Below, piece after piece: positions 9,763 to 24,763 of a DNA stretch of 43,498 bases. The translations under genes and the position numbers were made by a program. The notes beneath the pieces are model-generated. The model did not search any database. It saw only the letters and a program-made list of their open reading frames with translations, and was not told the DNA's origin. How positions within the stretch are numbered: the stretch's first letter is position 1; each line of letters starts with the position of its first letter. Source of the stretch: Patescibacteria group bacterium (lineage in GTDB: Bacteria; Patescibacteriota; Microgenomatia; UBA1406; HO2-37-13b). The stretch lies in the NCBI GenBank assembly GCA_035290045.1, contig DATDVH010000021.1, positions 1-43,498 of the forward strand. The letters run 5' to 3'.

Positions 9763-10210
9763 TTGTAATGAAAGTGATATTTGTTCCTTTTTTAAGATTG
9801 ATTTTTTTTACTTCACCAGATTTCAGTTCAATGATTTTATTTGCTCTTTCTTTTGAAGTAAAACTATTCGGATACGAACGCGGCGACAGGTTTTCAATAA
9901 AATCAACTATTTGATTTTCATTTATAAAAATAAAATCAAGGGGAAATTGCATATCCTTCATCCAAAAATGATAAAAATCTGGTTTTTCAAAGATAAAAAG
10001 CATTCCTTCATTACTTTTTAAGGAAGGAATACCCGATAATCCTTTATTCCTTTTTTCTTCTGTATCAGCAATAAAAAGAGTATATATCTTATTGCCGATA
10101 ACCGAATTTACTTTTTTATATTCCATCAAATGCTTTTGTTGTGGAAAGAATAAAAAAAGAATATAAAAAAATATCGTGGTAAAAAAAAGTATATATATTT
10201 TCTTGCTCAT
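9755..10210 (-). CDS. DUF192 (COG1430) family protein. Start moved to the second Met
   Basis: GLSG...NEGMLFIF....HFWMKDMQFPLDFIFIN is typical of DUF192. The first ATG of the ORF track (10234) lies inside the 23S 3' terminal/processing helix, so M9 (MSKKIYILFF, a signal-anchor) is the more plausible start. Confidence 0.7.
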   Translation of the reverse strand: MSKKIYILFFTTIFFYILFLFFPQQKHLMEYKKVNSVIGNKIYTLFIADTEEKRNKGLSGIPSLKSNEGMLFIFEKPDFYHFWMKDMQFPLDFIFINENQIVDFIENLSPRSYPNSFTSKERANKIIELKSGEVKKINLKKGTNITFITIN

Positions 10211-10223
10211 GAAAAGTTCTGAT

Positions 10224-13288
<3,065 letters not shown>

Positions 13289-13364
13289 ATCAAAACTTAA
13301 TCCGTTATACACGGATTTTACTATGCTTACTCCTACCTTTGAAAAACCAAATTGTCAAAGTGCG

Positions 13365-13438
13365 TGGACTTGAGGAGAGTTGAACTCCTAACCTCCCGGA
13401 TGCAAACCGGGTGCTCTGGCCAGTTGAGCTACAAGCCC
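13365..13438 (-). tRNA. tRNA-Ala(UGC)
   Basis: The reverse complement folds as gggcttg-ta-gctc-aactggcca-gagc-a-cccgg-tTTGCat-ccggg-aggtt-aggag-ttcaact-ctcct-caagtcc-a. The G3:U70 identity pair is present. Confidence 0.9.
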
Positions 13439-13549
13439 TTATATAAATTAAAAATTTAATGTCAAAAGTTAAAAATTACTATTAAAATTGACAAATCGTG
13501 AAGGCTGTTAGGAGAAGAAACAGTGGTCTGCTCCAATAGTGCCTCGGTT

Positions 13550-13578
13550 ATAATAACAAATATATTTTCAAAAATCAA
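13550..13578 (-). promoter_or_regulatory. Sigma70-type promoter for the tRNA-Ala/23S transcript (TTGATT-17-TGtTATTAT)
   Basis: On the minus strand: TTGATT (13578-13573), a 17-nt spacer ending in TGT, then TATTAT (13555-13550). A GC-rich leader (13500-13547) follows. Confidence 0.5.
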
Positions 13579-13601
13579 GCAGTTTTTTAATCATAATTCA
13601 T

Positions 13602-14036
13602 TTAAACTATAGATTTTGAAACTCCCGATCTACGGCGGCGTTTTATGACTTTTATATCAATCACCGATCGCCTAAGAGACATCATCGCCTCATGACGTTC
13701 CTCTTTGGTTTTACTTTCCTTGATAAGTTTTTCAGCGCTTTCTTGGGCTTTTTTCACTGCTATCTCGTCAATCTCGTCCTGATGGTACGCGCGAGAGACA
13801 AGAACAGTAGTCTTTTTTCCGTCAGTCTCAAGATACCCGCCGCCGATTGAGAAAAAAATTTCGTCATTTTCCTTTTTGACTTTAATCGCGCCCTCTCTCA
13901 AAAGTGAAAAAAGCGGTACGTGTTTGTGCAATATTGTTATTTCTCCAGACGCAGATGGGGCAGTAACTGTTGATACCTCATCCTCATACACGACTTTTTT
14001 TGGAGTAATAATACGAAGTCTAAAGGTATGGGACAT
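13602..14036 (-). CDS. atpC: F1 ATP synthase epsilon subunit
   Basis: 144 aa. The N-terminal beta-sandwich pattern (RLRIITPKKVVYEDEVSTVTAPSASGEITILHKHVPL) and its position after atpD support the call. Confidence 0.9.
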   Translation of the reverse strand: MSHTFRLRIITPKKVVYEDEVSTVTAPSASGEITILHKHVPLFSLLREGAIKVKKENDEIFFSIGGGYLETDGKKTTVLVSRAYHQDEIDEIAVKKAQESAEKLIKESKTKEERHEAMMSLRRSVIDIKVIKRRRRSGVSKSIV

Positions 14037-14084
14037 ATTGTTTTTAGTTTTATATATTTTATATTTTATTTTTAAAATTTTATA

Positions 14085-16351
<2,267 letters not shown>

Positions 16352-17851
16352 ATGTTTTCAAAAAATCTTTAACTAATGCGTGCAATTTTTCCTCATGCTG
16401 TGGGTTAAGAAGTTTCAGATCATTGATCTCATGGATTATATTTGATGCTTTCAGTGTACAATATGAGATGAATCGTTCTTCAAAATGCGTAATCTGAATA
16501 GTAGGTATAGTATCAAGATATCCTTGAGTACCAACCCATAAAATAAGTACTTGCTGGGCTAAAGTAAGAGGCTCATTTTTTTTCTGTTTGAGGAGTTCGG
16601 TCATACGAGCTCCTCTGTCTAATAATTTCCTAGTTGCACTGTCAAGTTCTGATTCAAACTGTGAAAAAGCCGCAATCTCTCTATATTGAGCAAGATCAAA
16701 CTTAAGTCCTCCCGCTACGTGTTTCATTGCCTTTGTCTGAGCGGCTGATCCAACGCGGCTGACGGAAATCCCGACATTGATAGCAGGACGCACACCTGAA
16801 TTAAAAAGATCTGCTTCAAGAAAAATCTGCCCATCAGTGATTGAGATAACGTTTGTAGGGATATACGACGATACATCTCCCTCTTGTGTCTCAATGATAG
16901 GAAGCGCAGTAAGGGATCCTCCACCCATCTGCTTATCAAGGCGACACGCCCTCTCAAGAAGTCGCGAATGCAGATAAAATATATCTCCCGGATATGCTTC
17001 ACGACCTGATGGACGACGCAATATAAGGGATATCTGTCTATATGCCCAGGCGTGTTTAGTCAGATCGTCGTAAATAACAAGTACATCTTTGCCCTTATCC
17101 ATAAAATACTCACCCAGAGTGCATGCGACATACGGCGCTATATATTGAAGCGATGCTGAATCAGACGACGTCGCCGCGATGATCGTCGTATATTCCATAG
17201 CCCCTTTTTTCTTGAGAAGATCATAGACTGCAGCGACTTTTGATGACCTTTGGCCGATGACTGCATAGACACAGACGATATTTTGATCTTTTTGATTCAA
17301 AATCGTATCAATAGCTATAGTGGATTTTCCTACTCCTCTATCACCGATGATAAGTTCCCGTTGACCTCTTCCTATGGGAATGAGCCCATCAATCGCCTTA
17401 ATGCCAGTTTGCAATGGGGTATTCACTGATTGACGATAAATGACACCAGGCGCAATACGTTCGACTGGATAGGTTTTATCTGAGTTAATACTACCCTGTC
17501 CATCTATGGGACGAGCAAAACCATCAAGTACTCTCCCCATACATGCAGAACCGACAGGAACAGACAGAATAGCGCCAGTGCCTTTTGCTCTATCTCCTTC
17601 TCGTATCGTCGTATAATCACCAAATACTATCGCGCCTACTTCATCCTCCCTAAGATCAACAACCATTCCCTTTACTTGATTAGGAAATGTGATCACCTCA
17701 CCATATGCGACATCTGAAAAGCCAGATAATATCACCACTCCATCTAATATTTGATCCACGGTACCTACATTTTCCTCTTTCAGGTCAATTTTACTGCCTA
17801 TTAGTTGATTTTCAATCTCTTTTATAAAAGAATCAGTTATTTTCATAATTT

Positions 17852-18136
17852 TTATATACTACTAACCTGAGCAGTTACTGTATCAAGACGGCCTGCAAGC
17901 GATACATCTAATATTTTTGATCCCCAGCTAACAATAAACCCTGCAATGATAGATTTATCTTCTCTTTTTTCAATTTCACATCCCCGAAGAAAAGGAAGAA
18001 TCTCTATAATATCATTGACTTCCTTATCTGTGAAGGCATACGAAGTGATTAATACAGCACTTTTTTTTTCTTCCTTTTTGAGTTCAAGTATGACCTGTTG
18101 TTTGATTTTCGCCCTCAAACTCTGACTAATTTTCAT
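17852..18136 (-). CDS. atpH: ATP synthase delta (OSCP) subunit, C-terminal-domain-only short form
   Basis: 94 aa. The end, IIAGFIVSWGSKILDVSLAGRLDTV, matches the OSCP C-terminal motif (liGG..i.vgd.viDgSv.grL). It sits between atpF and atpA. There is no equivalent of the ~100-aa N-terminal domain. Confidence 0.65.
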   Translation of the reverse strand: MKISQSLRAKIKQQVILELKKEEKKSAVLITSYAFTDKEVNDIIEILPFLRGCEIEKREDKSIIAGFIVSWGSKILDVSLAGRLDTVTAQVSSI

Positions 18137-18641
18137 ACGATGCAGTAAGAGGTGTTTTTTCTAATGTATCAATGAGCTTTTGAGTGATCTGCCTCTTTAT
18201 ATTCTCATCAATCAAATCGCGCAAAACTGATTTTATCATCAGAGAACTTGTTTTAATCACATCCTTTTTTAACCCATTGTAAAGAGTTAATTTTTCATCT
18301 TTCATCTGTTGTTTTGTCTGATTTCGTATATGTTCTGCATCATTTTGAGCTTTGAGAATAATATCTTTTTTTATTTGATCAGCCTCTTGTCTAATAGTTT
18401 TTATAATGAGACGTGATTGTTCTTGAGCCTCACTAATAATTATCTGCTTTTGAGCAAGCGCCTCTTCCTCTTTATTTCGCAAGTCAGCGATGATACGCTC
18501 CTTATCCTGTTCATTTTTTTTCTGTTCCTTGATAAAATGAGTGAGCGGTCGTGCAAGAAACTTTTTAAAAATAAAAAAGAACACAATAAAATTTATCAGC
18601 TGAGCGATAAGTAATCTGTAATCTATTCCTAATGCTTCCAT
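18126..18641 (-). CDS. atpF: Fo ATP synthase b subunit
   Basis: 171 aa with a single N-terminal TM (LIAQLINFIVFFFIF) followed by a long charged coiled coil. Its operon position fits. Confidence 0.8.
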   Translation of the reverse strand: MEALGIDYRLLIAQLINFIVFFFIFKKFLARPLTHFIKEQKKNEQDKERIIADLRNKEEEALAQKQIIISEAQEQSRLIIKTIRQEADQIKKDIILKAQNDAEHIRNQTKQQMKDEKLTLYNGLKKDVIKTSSLMIKSVLRDLIDENIKRQITQKLIDTLEKTPLTASYEN

Positions 18642-18650
18642 TATATTTTT

Positions 18651-19593
<943 letters not shown>

Positions 19594-19641
19594 GGGAAAT
19601 TAAAAATAAAAAATTAAAAGTCAAAAGTTAAAAACAATAAA

Positions 19642-19917
19642 TTAAAAATTGCCTTTGGTTGTTTTGAACAGGTTATAAAATGTACCTATTGTTCCTATTA
19701 TAATAAAAATTATAATAAATAGTGGTTTTGTTTTGAAAAAGTTGTCTATCAATAAGCCTAAAAAGACTCCTAATAATAAAGGAGCACCCACATAATACCC
19801 AATTCCTGCGTATTTTGCAAGAAGAAAATTATTATATATGGGTTTCTTCACTTTTTCTTTCTTATTTCTTTTTCTTATCTCATATCCTTTCCCAATTATA
19901 TAGTTGTTTACAGACAT
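19642..19917 (-). CDS. AtpZ/AtpI-like small membrane protein at the head of the atp operon
   Basis: 91 aa. Two TM segments follow a basic N-terminus (GIGYYVGAPLLLGVFLGLLID...). It lies directly upstream of atpB. Confidence 0.55.
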   Translation of the reverse strand: MSVNNYIIGKGYEIRKRNKKEKVKKPIYNNFLLAKYAGIGYYVGAPLLLGVFLGLLIDNFFKTKPLFIIIFIIIGTIGTFYNLFKTTKGNF

Positions 19918-19978
19918 AGTATTTTATGTAACGCACCACCTATTGACTTGGAATAATTGCTTATGCTATACTTTACAT

Positions 19979-20029
19979 ATTCACAAGAAAAAGCACTTCC
20001 TTGGGTTCCGTCCCTTGGTGATGCTTTTT
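19979..20029 (+). ncRNA. Candidate small RNA A (promoter TTGACT-18-TGcTATACT at 19943-19972, then hairpin plus U-run)
   Basis: -35 TTGACT at 19943-19948, extended -10 TGcTATACT at 19964-19972, and a stem aaaaagca/tgcttttt (19988-19995 / 20022-20029) enclosing GGGTTCCGTCCC. A paralogous layout occurs at 42636-42719. Confidence 0.3.
19988..20029. terminator. Symmetric A5-stem-T5 hairpin, potential bidirectional terminator (res1 end / sRNA A end)
   Basis: aaaaagca-N26-tgcttttt lies 30 nt downstream of the res1 stop. U-runs are available on both strands. Confidence 0.5.
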
Positions 20030-20058
20030 CATAGGTTAGTTATGCTTCATAAAATTCC

Positions 20059-22284
20059 TTATTTAAAAACTAAATCATACCAATTATCAAATGAATTATT
20101 TTTATATTCTTTCTTTGTTTTATTAAAATAAATCCATCTTCCACGATAGTTTCTGTCAGTATTCATGACTAATCCTCCTAAAAGATTTTTACCTGTTTTG
20201 TTATTTTCAAGAATGTATTTATATAATCCGTCTGCTTTTGACGCAAAATCGTTTAAGTATGATCCATGCGGATCAAACAATCCAATTCTTCCATTTTTAA
20301 GTTTCACTATAAAATCAACATAAAAAGGTTTTGTTTCTCCATGATGATAGGGAATGGCAAAAAATGTTGCGTCTCGATCTCCATTTTTAAACCACCATTC
20401 AACTGATTCTGACTTCTCCAAATAGGAAATAAAAGCGGTCTCATGTTTATTGTTCTGATTACTAAAAAAAGGAGACATAATTGACTTCTGAACATTTACT
20501 TTCTTATAGTTATTGTCATACACTAAGATATCTGGAATATTCCAATTTTCTTTTATCATTATTTCAGTCTCACGTTTTACGACATCGGATTTATATTCTT
20601 CTTTTGCCCTATTTAAGACTTCTTTGATATGTTCTGAATTTCCTTCTGATAATACTATCTGAATAATGTCATTCTCGCTTTCACACCACTCATAACCAAA
20701 ACTGTTATAGAAAAACGTATAGATTGATTCTTTTGCTCTTCCGACTGATCTATCTTCAGGATAAAACGGGGTTAAATTATTCCTCACAAAAAAGTCAAAA
20801 GATCTCTGCAAATCAAAATTGCTAAATTTTATTTCTCTATCGCCTACAATTGATACTCCAATTAAGGCATCTATGTCGTGAGATTTATAGTCAGAAATAA
20901 TACTGCTATTAATTTTCTTATCACTTCTGTCTATCAGATTCTTCAAGTCATACCGTTTCGCTTGATTCAAAAATATATCGGTAAATAACGGAGAAAGTCT
21001 TGTTTTTTCACGATGTCTTTTTGGATAGTAGGAACGTAAATTAATAGGCATATAATTAGCACGAATCTTGCTGGGATACATGCTGATATAATTTTTTGCC
21101 ATATCCTCTTTAATATTTATGTTATCTATATTTGTGTACACATAACCATAGTTAAGTATTTCATTTTCATAATATCCTTTTTCAGGTTCAGGCATTCTCA
21201 TAATTCGTCCAACTGTCTGTATTGAAAAAATAGCAGAATGCCACTCTCTAAACAAAACTAAAATTTGCGCTCTTGGACAATCCCACCCTAAAGCAATCGC
21301 TTGCTTGAAAATCAGCACTTCAACATCGCTATCGTGTCTCTCAATATCGTCTTTATTTATATGCTCGCCAGATAACCAAATAGCCAATTTGTTATTTCCC
21401 TTTTGAGTTGTGATCGCATATTTATGTTTCAAAATACTTTCTATTCGGTCTCTTATCCTATCCTCTACACTTGTTTTTCTATCAGGTAATTGAATTAAAA
21501 TCAAAGGATTTATCTCAATTTTTCCTTTTTTATAACTATCAACTAATTCTTGTCGTTTTTGTATCGCCACGTCTATAACTAATTCTTCGGTTCCTCCGCT
21601 CAATTTTTGTGTCCGGATTTTCCCGTGTTTTATAAAGTTTTCAAAATCATCATTGAGGATAACTGCTTTCTTAATCATTCCTTCTTTTTTAACATCTTCT
21701 AACTGGACAGATACTTTCTCATCTTCATCGTTAATTGTTGCAGGAGTAGCAGTCACTTCAATGGTGATTTTTGGTCCAATCATTTGAATGAGATCGTGCG
21801 ATATTTCACTGCTGGCATGATGATGCGCTTCATCAATGATCAAAACTATCTTTCGCCCTTCTTCTTTTGTTCGTTCTAATACCTTTGATAGATTAAATTC
21901 TTGCTCGTTATCGCGTATATAAATGTTATCCGTTTTATTAATGCTTTCCCAATTGAAAAATAAAATCTCATTTTCACTTATTTTCCTATCTTCCAAATCT
22001 TCAAAATAACAACATTTGCACGCTTGACTTATCTCAAAATAATTTTCTAATTTTTTATAACTTTGTTCATGTAGTTTCCTTGGAGCTGTCCAGATAAAAC
22101 AAAGAGGTTGCTTAACGTCTTCGCCATCAATCAATTGTTTCAAAAACTCCGCCATCATTATGGTTTTACCCGATCCCGTCGGTGCTTTAAAAACCATTTT
22201 TTTATCACCCGAATAACCCAGGAGCTTCTTTGTTTTTTCTAACAAACTATCTATCGCTTTTTCCTGATAAATTTTCAGTTGCAT
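20059..22284 (-). CDS. res: Type III restriction enzyme Res subunit (SF2 helicase plus C-terminal PD-(D/E)xK-like domain with a non-canonical motif)
   Basis: 741 aa. Motif I is KAPTGSGKT and motif II is IIDEAHH. The C-terminus FAIPYHHGETKPFYVDFIVKLKNGRIGLFDPHG aligns with the PDF...ExKG nuclease motif, but with VD and DPH. Confidence 0.85.
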   Translation of the reverse strand: MQLKIYQEKAIDSLLEKTKKLLGYSGDKKMVFKAPTGSGKTIMMAEFLKQLIDGEDVKQPLCFIWTAPRKLHEQSYKKLENYFEISQACKCCYFEDLEDRKISENEILFFNWESINKTDNIYIRDNEQEFNLSKVLERTKEEGRKIVLIIDEAHHHASSEISHDLIQMIGPKITIEVTATPATINDEDEKVSVQLEDVKKEGMIKKAVILNDDFENFIKHGKIRTQKLSGGTEELVIDVAIQKRQELVDSYKKGKIEINPLILIQLPDRKTSVEDRIRDRIESILKHKYAITTQKGNNKLAIWLSGEHINKDDIERHDSDVEVLIFKQAIALGWDCPRAQILVLFREWHSAIFSIQTVGRIMRMPEPEKGYYENEILNYGYVYTNIDNINIKEDMAKNYISMYPSKIRANYMPINLRSYYPKRHREKTRLSPLFTDIFLNQAKRYDLKNLIDRSDKKINSSIISDYKSHDIDALIGVSIVGDREIKFSNFDLQRSFDFFVRNNLTPFYPEDRSVGRAKESIYTFFYNSFGYEWCESENDIIQIVLSEGNSEHIKEVLNRAKEEYKSDVVKRETEIMIKENWNIPDILVYDNNYKKVNVQKSIMSPFFSNQNNKHETAFISYLEKSESVEWWFKNGDRDATFFAIPYHHGETKPFYVDFIVKLKNGRIGLFDPHGSYLNDFASKADGLYKYILENNKTGKNLLGGLVMNTDRNYRGRWIYFNKTKKEYKNNSFDNWYDLVFK

Positions 22285-22288
22285 ACAG

Positions 22289-23008
22289 CTATTTATTTTG
22301 CTGAACTTCTTTATATTTATTTTTTGCTATACTAACGATGTCTTTAAGTTGAGTTATAGAATCGTACATAAACTCTGGTTCTACTATAAAATATTTTACT
22401 TTATCTACCTTTACCGACAGCTTTTTCTTTAAGAAGTTCAAAGCCTTGTCTTTTTTTTTAGTTATAGGACAGACAATGTCTGCTTTATCATTAGTAATAA
22501 GTATTGTAAACCTACCATTTTCTTTTAAGCTATTGCGTAATTGCCTTCCTATGATAAGTAAGTCACTGTATCTTTCCAAAATAGCTAAAATATCTTCCTC
22601 GTAATCATATGATTTTTTTCCTTTATTTACTAAACTTTCGATAAAATTACAAAAATTTATAGACGCGTTTGGAATCCCATTACGGACTTTTGAAAAACCT
22701 AATGGATTTTTTAGTAAAAAAATTAACAGAAAAATTTTATCGAACACTTGACGTAAAATAAACACGTAACACTTGAAGTATAAATTCAACTTAACATCAG
22801 TATATATGTCTGACAACTTTTCCATATAAAAAGATGGAATTGGTAAATTTAGTTCTTGAAATTCTTGTTTTCTACCGTTAATTTTTTTTTCTAATCTATA
22901 AGAAAACAGCATGCTTAATTCCTTAAGTTCTTCAAAAAATATATCAAGAACGAGAAAACATTCATTAATATTATTTTGTATTTGTGGTAAATGTATTTTT
23001 ATCTCCAT
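22289..23008 (-). CDS. Hypothetical protein X, wedged between mod and res of cassette 1
   Basis: 239-aa ORF with 4-nt gaps to both neighbours on the same strand. I recognise no family motif, only a partial RQLRNSLKEN segment without His. Confidence 0.75.
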   Translation of the reverse strand: MEIKIHLPQIQNNINECFLVLDIFFEELKELSMLFSYRLEKKINGRKQEFQELNLPIPSFYMEKLSDIYTDVKLNLYFKCYVFILRQVFDKIFLLIFLLKNPLGFSKVRNGIPNASINFCNFIESLVNKGKKSYDYEEDILAILERYSDLLIIGRQLRNSLKENGRFTILITNDKADIVCPITKKKDKALNFLKKKLSVKVDKVKYFIVEPEFMYDSITQLKDIVSIAKNKYKEVQQNK

Positions 23009-23012
23009 ACTT

Positions 23013-24683
23013 TCATTTAAAAATCCTCCTATATACCCTTAAAATAGCTTCGGGAATAGGGGATAATTTAATTTTGTGTTTAACATCTTCAAATTCTTCA
23101 TCAAAAGTTTCATCGCCCAATGAAAAAATATATATATTGATTTTTCCTGTTATATCTTTGATTACTTTTTTAAAGTTCTGTATTGCCTTCGTATGCCAAA
23201 TGATACCGGTATGATGAGAGGCGTTTTTGAAGAGCTTAAAATCTTTTTTATCACATACTGGCTCAAATGTGCCTTCCTTTATGCAAAGCATCTCCGTTGC
23301 TTCTGTAGTAAGTTTGATTTTATTTTCATCTGTCGGTTCCTTATAATTCACAAAGTCTGTTTTGAAATATTTTATATTACCGCCTAATCCAGCTACTTGT
23401 TTTCCTTTCACATTTTTGTATCCTTCTATGACTTTTTTAATTCTTGGATAGCAAATATCTTCAGCGATTTTATATCCATTCCCATTATTATTTTCGTTAT
23501 TGGTACATAAAATAAATTTTCGGTTGCCATTATCTTCTTTATTAAGTTCAAGCACTGCATGTCCTGTTGTTCCTGATCCAGCCATAAAATCAAGGATTAT
23601 TGAGTTTTCTTTTGAGGATAGTTGTACTAAATGTTTAATTAAGGAAATTGGTTTTGGGTAATCAAAAATTCTATTATCAAATAAAGCATCAAGTTTTTTT
23701 TGTGCATCTCGTGTAGTTTCAACATTATCAATAATGTTTGTTGGTATCTGTTCATCTATATCATCTGGGAATATTTTTATACGAGGAACCGATTGATATT
23801 TTGGAGGAATTCCAAAAAATATTTTTTTTTGATTTATTAACTCTGTCATTTCTTCTTTTGATCGTTGCCATTGTCTTTTCCAAGTAATTCCTGACGGCGA
23901 TTTAATCTCAAAATAATTGAGATGATGTTTGTTCGACCTTTCTTCTGAAAATGAAATGCTTCCAGAAAACCAACTCCCGCGAGTATCATTATCTGGATTT
24001 TGGAATTCATAATTAACATAATTTAATATTGACCAAGAAGATAGATTATTTTTATTTTTTGCATAGCATAAAATATATTGTTGAAGTGTACGACTCCACC
24101 TATCTTTTTTTCCTTTGCCATGTAACCACATAAAGTTTTGGACAAAATTTTCTTCACCAAACAATCCTTTATTTTTATCGTCCATCAACAGCTTTAATTG
24201 CGCCATTTCGTTGTCATCAATTGAGATAAAAATTACTCCTGTATCTTTTAACAAGTTTTTGGCAAGTTTTAGTCTTTTTTCCATGAATGAAAGCCACTTT
24301 GAATGACGATAGCCATCTTCTTTATCAACAAATCTGTCGTTGAAAATAAAATCTTTGTTGCCTGTGTTATACGGAGGATCAATGTAGATGACATCAACTT
24401 TTTTCGCATGAGTATAATTTAAAACTGAAAGTGCGTGATAATTATCTCCTTCAATCAGTAAATTCATTGGTTTATTTTTATCAGTGATTATTTCTTTATT
24501 TTTTACCTCCTTTAATACCGGTAGTTTTTTCTTGCACATGTCAATCACTTCTTCTGGTTTTTCTTCCCATACAAGACCATATTTTTTCTTTTTTTTTAAT
24601 TCTTTCTTCAACCGACTAACTTCTATTTTTAAGATTTCAATTTCTGAATTATTGTCTGTATATTTCATACTTTTAGTTAACAT
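23013..24683 (-). CDS. mod: Type III R-M Mod subunit (beta-class N6A/N4C DNA methyltransferase)
   Basis: 556 aa. Motif IV (VIYIDPPYNTG) precedes motif I (ILDFMAGSGTTGHAV), which is beta-class order. There is an N-terminal coiled coil, and res is adjacent. Confidence 0.9.
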   Translation of the reverse strand: MLTKSMKYTDNNSEIEILKIEVSRLKKELKKKKKYGLVWEEKPEEVIDMCKKKLPVLKEVKNKEIITDKNKPMNLLIEGDNYHALSVLNYTHAKKVDVIYIDPPYNTGNKDFIFNDRFVDKEDGYRHSKWLSFMEKRLKLAKNLLKDTGVIFISIDDNEMAQLKLLMDDKNKGLFGEENFVQNFMWLHGKGKKDRWSRTLQQYILCYAKNKNNLSSWSILNYVNYEFQNPDNDTRGSWFSGSISFSEERSNKHHLNYFEIKSPSGITWKRQWQRSKEEMTELINQKKIFFGIPPKYQSVPRIKIFPDDIDEQIPTNIIDNVETTRDAQKKLDALFDNRIFDYPKPISLIKHLVQLSSKENSIILDFMAGSGTTGHAVLELNKEDNGNRKFILCTNNENNNGNGYKIAEDICYPRIKKVIEGYKNVKGKQVAGLGGNIKYFKTDFVNYKEPTDENKIKLTTEATEMLCIKEGTFEPVCDKKDFKLFKNASHHTGIIWHTKAIQNFKKVIKDITGKINIYIFSLGDETFDEEFEDVKHKIKLSPIPEAILRVYRRIFK

Positions 24684-24698
24684 AGTTCATGACAACTT

Positions 24699-24723
24699 GC
24701 AATGTGCAAAAAATGCACATTGC
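24699..24723. promoter_or_regulatory. Perfect 10-bp inverted repeat GCAATGTGCA-N5-TGCACATTGC, 16 nt upstream of the mod1 start
   Basis: Read directly from the sequence. It lies between the 85-aa HTH ORF and mod1 and is not followed by a U-run on the coding strand. Confidence 0.35.
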
Positions 24724-24763
24724 TTTTATTGTCTACTTCCTGATTTTAAAAAACCTTGTAAAA

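Noticed and set aside
19904-20131. 75-aa plus-strand ORF spanning the atp/res1 intergenic region
   Set aside because: It overlaps the res1 3' end antisense and runs through the promoter/hairpin module. It has no RBS or family resemblance, so the region is better explained as non-coding.
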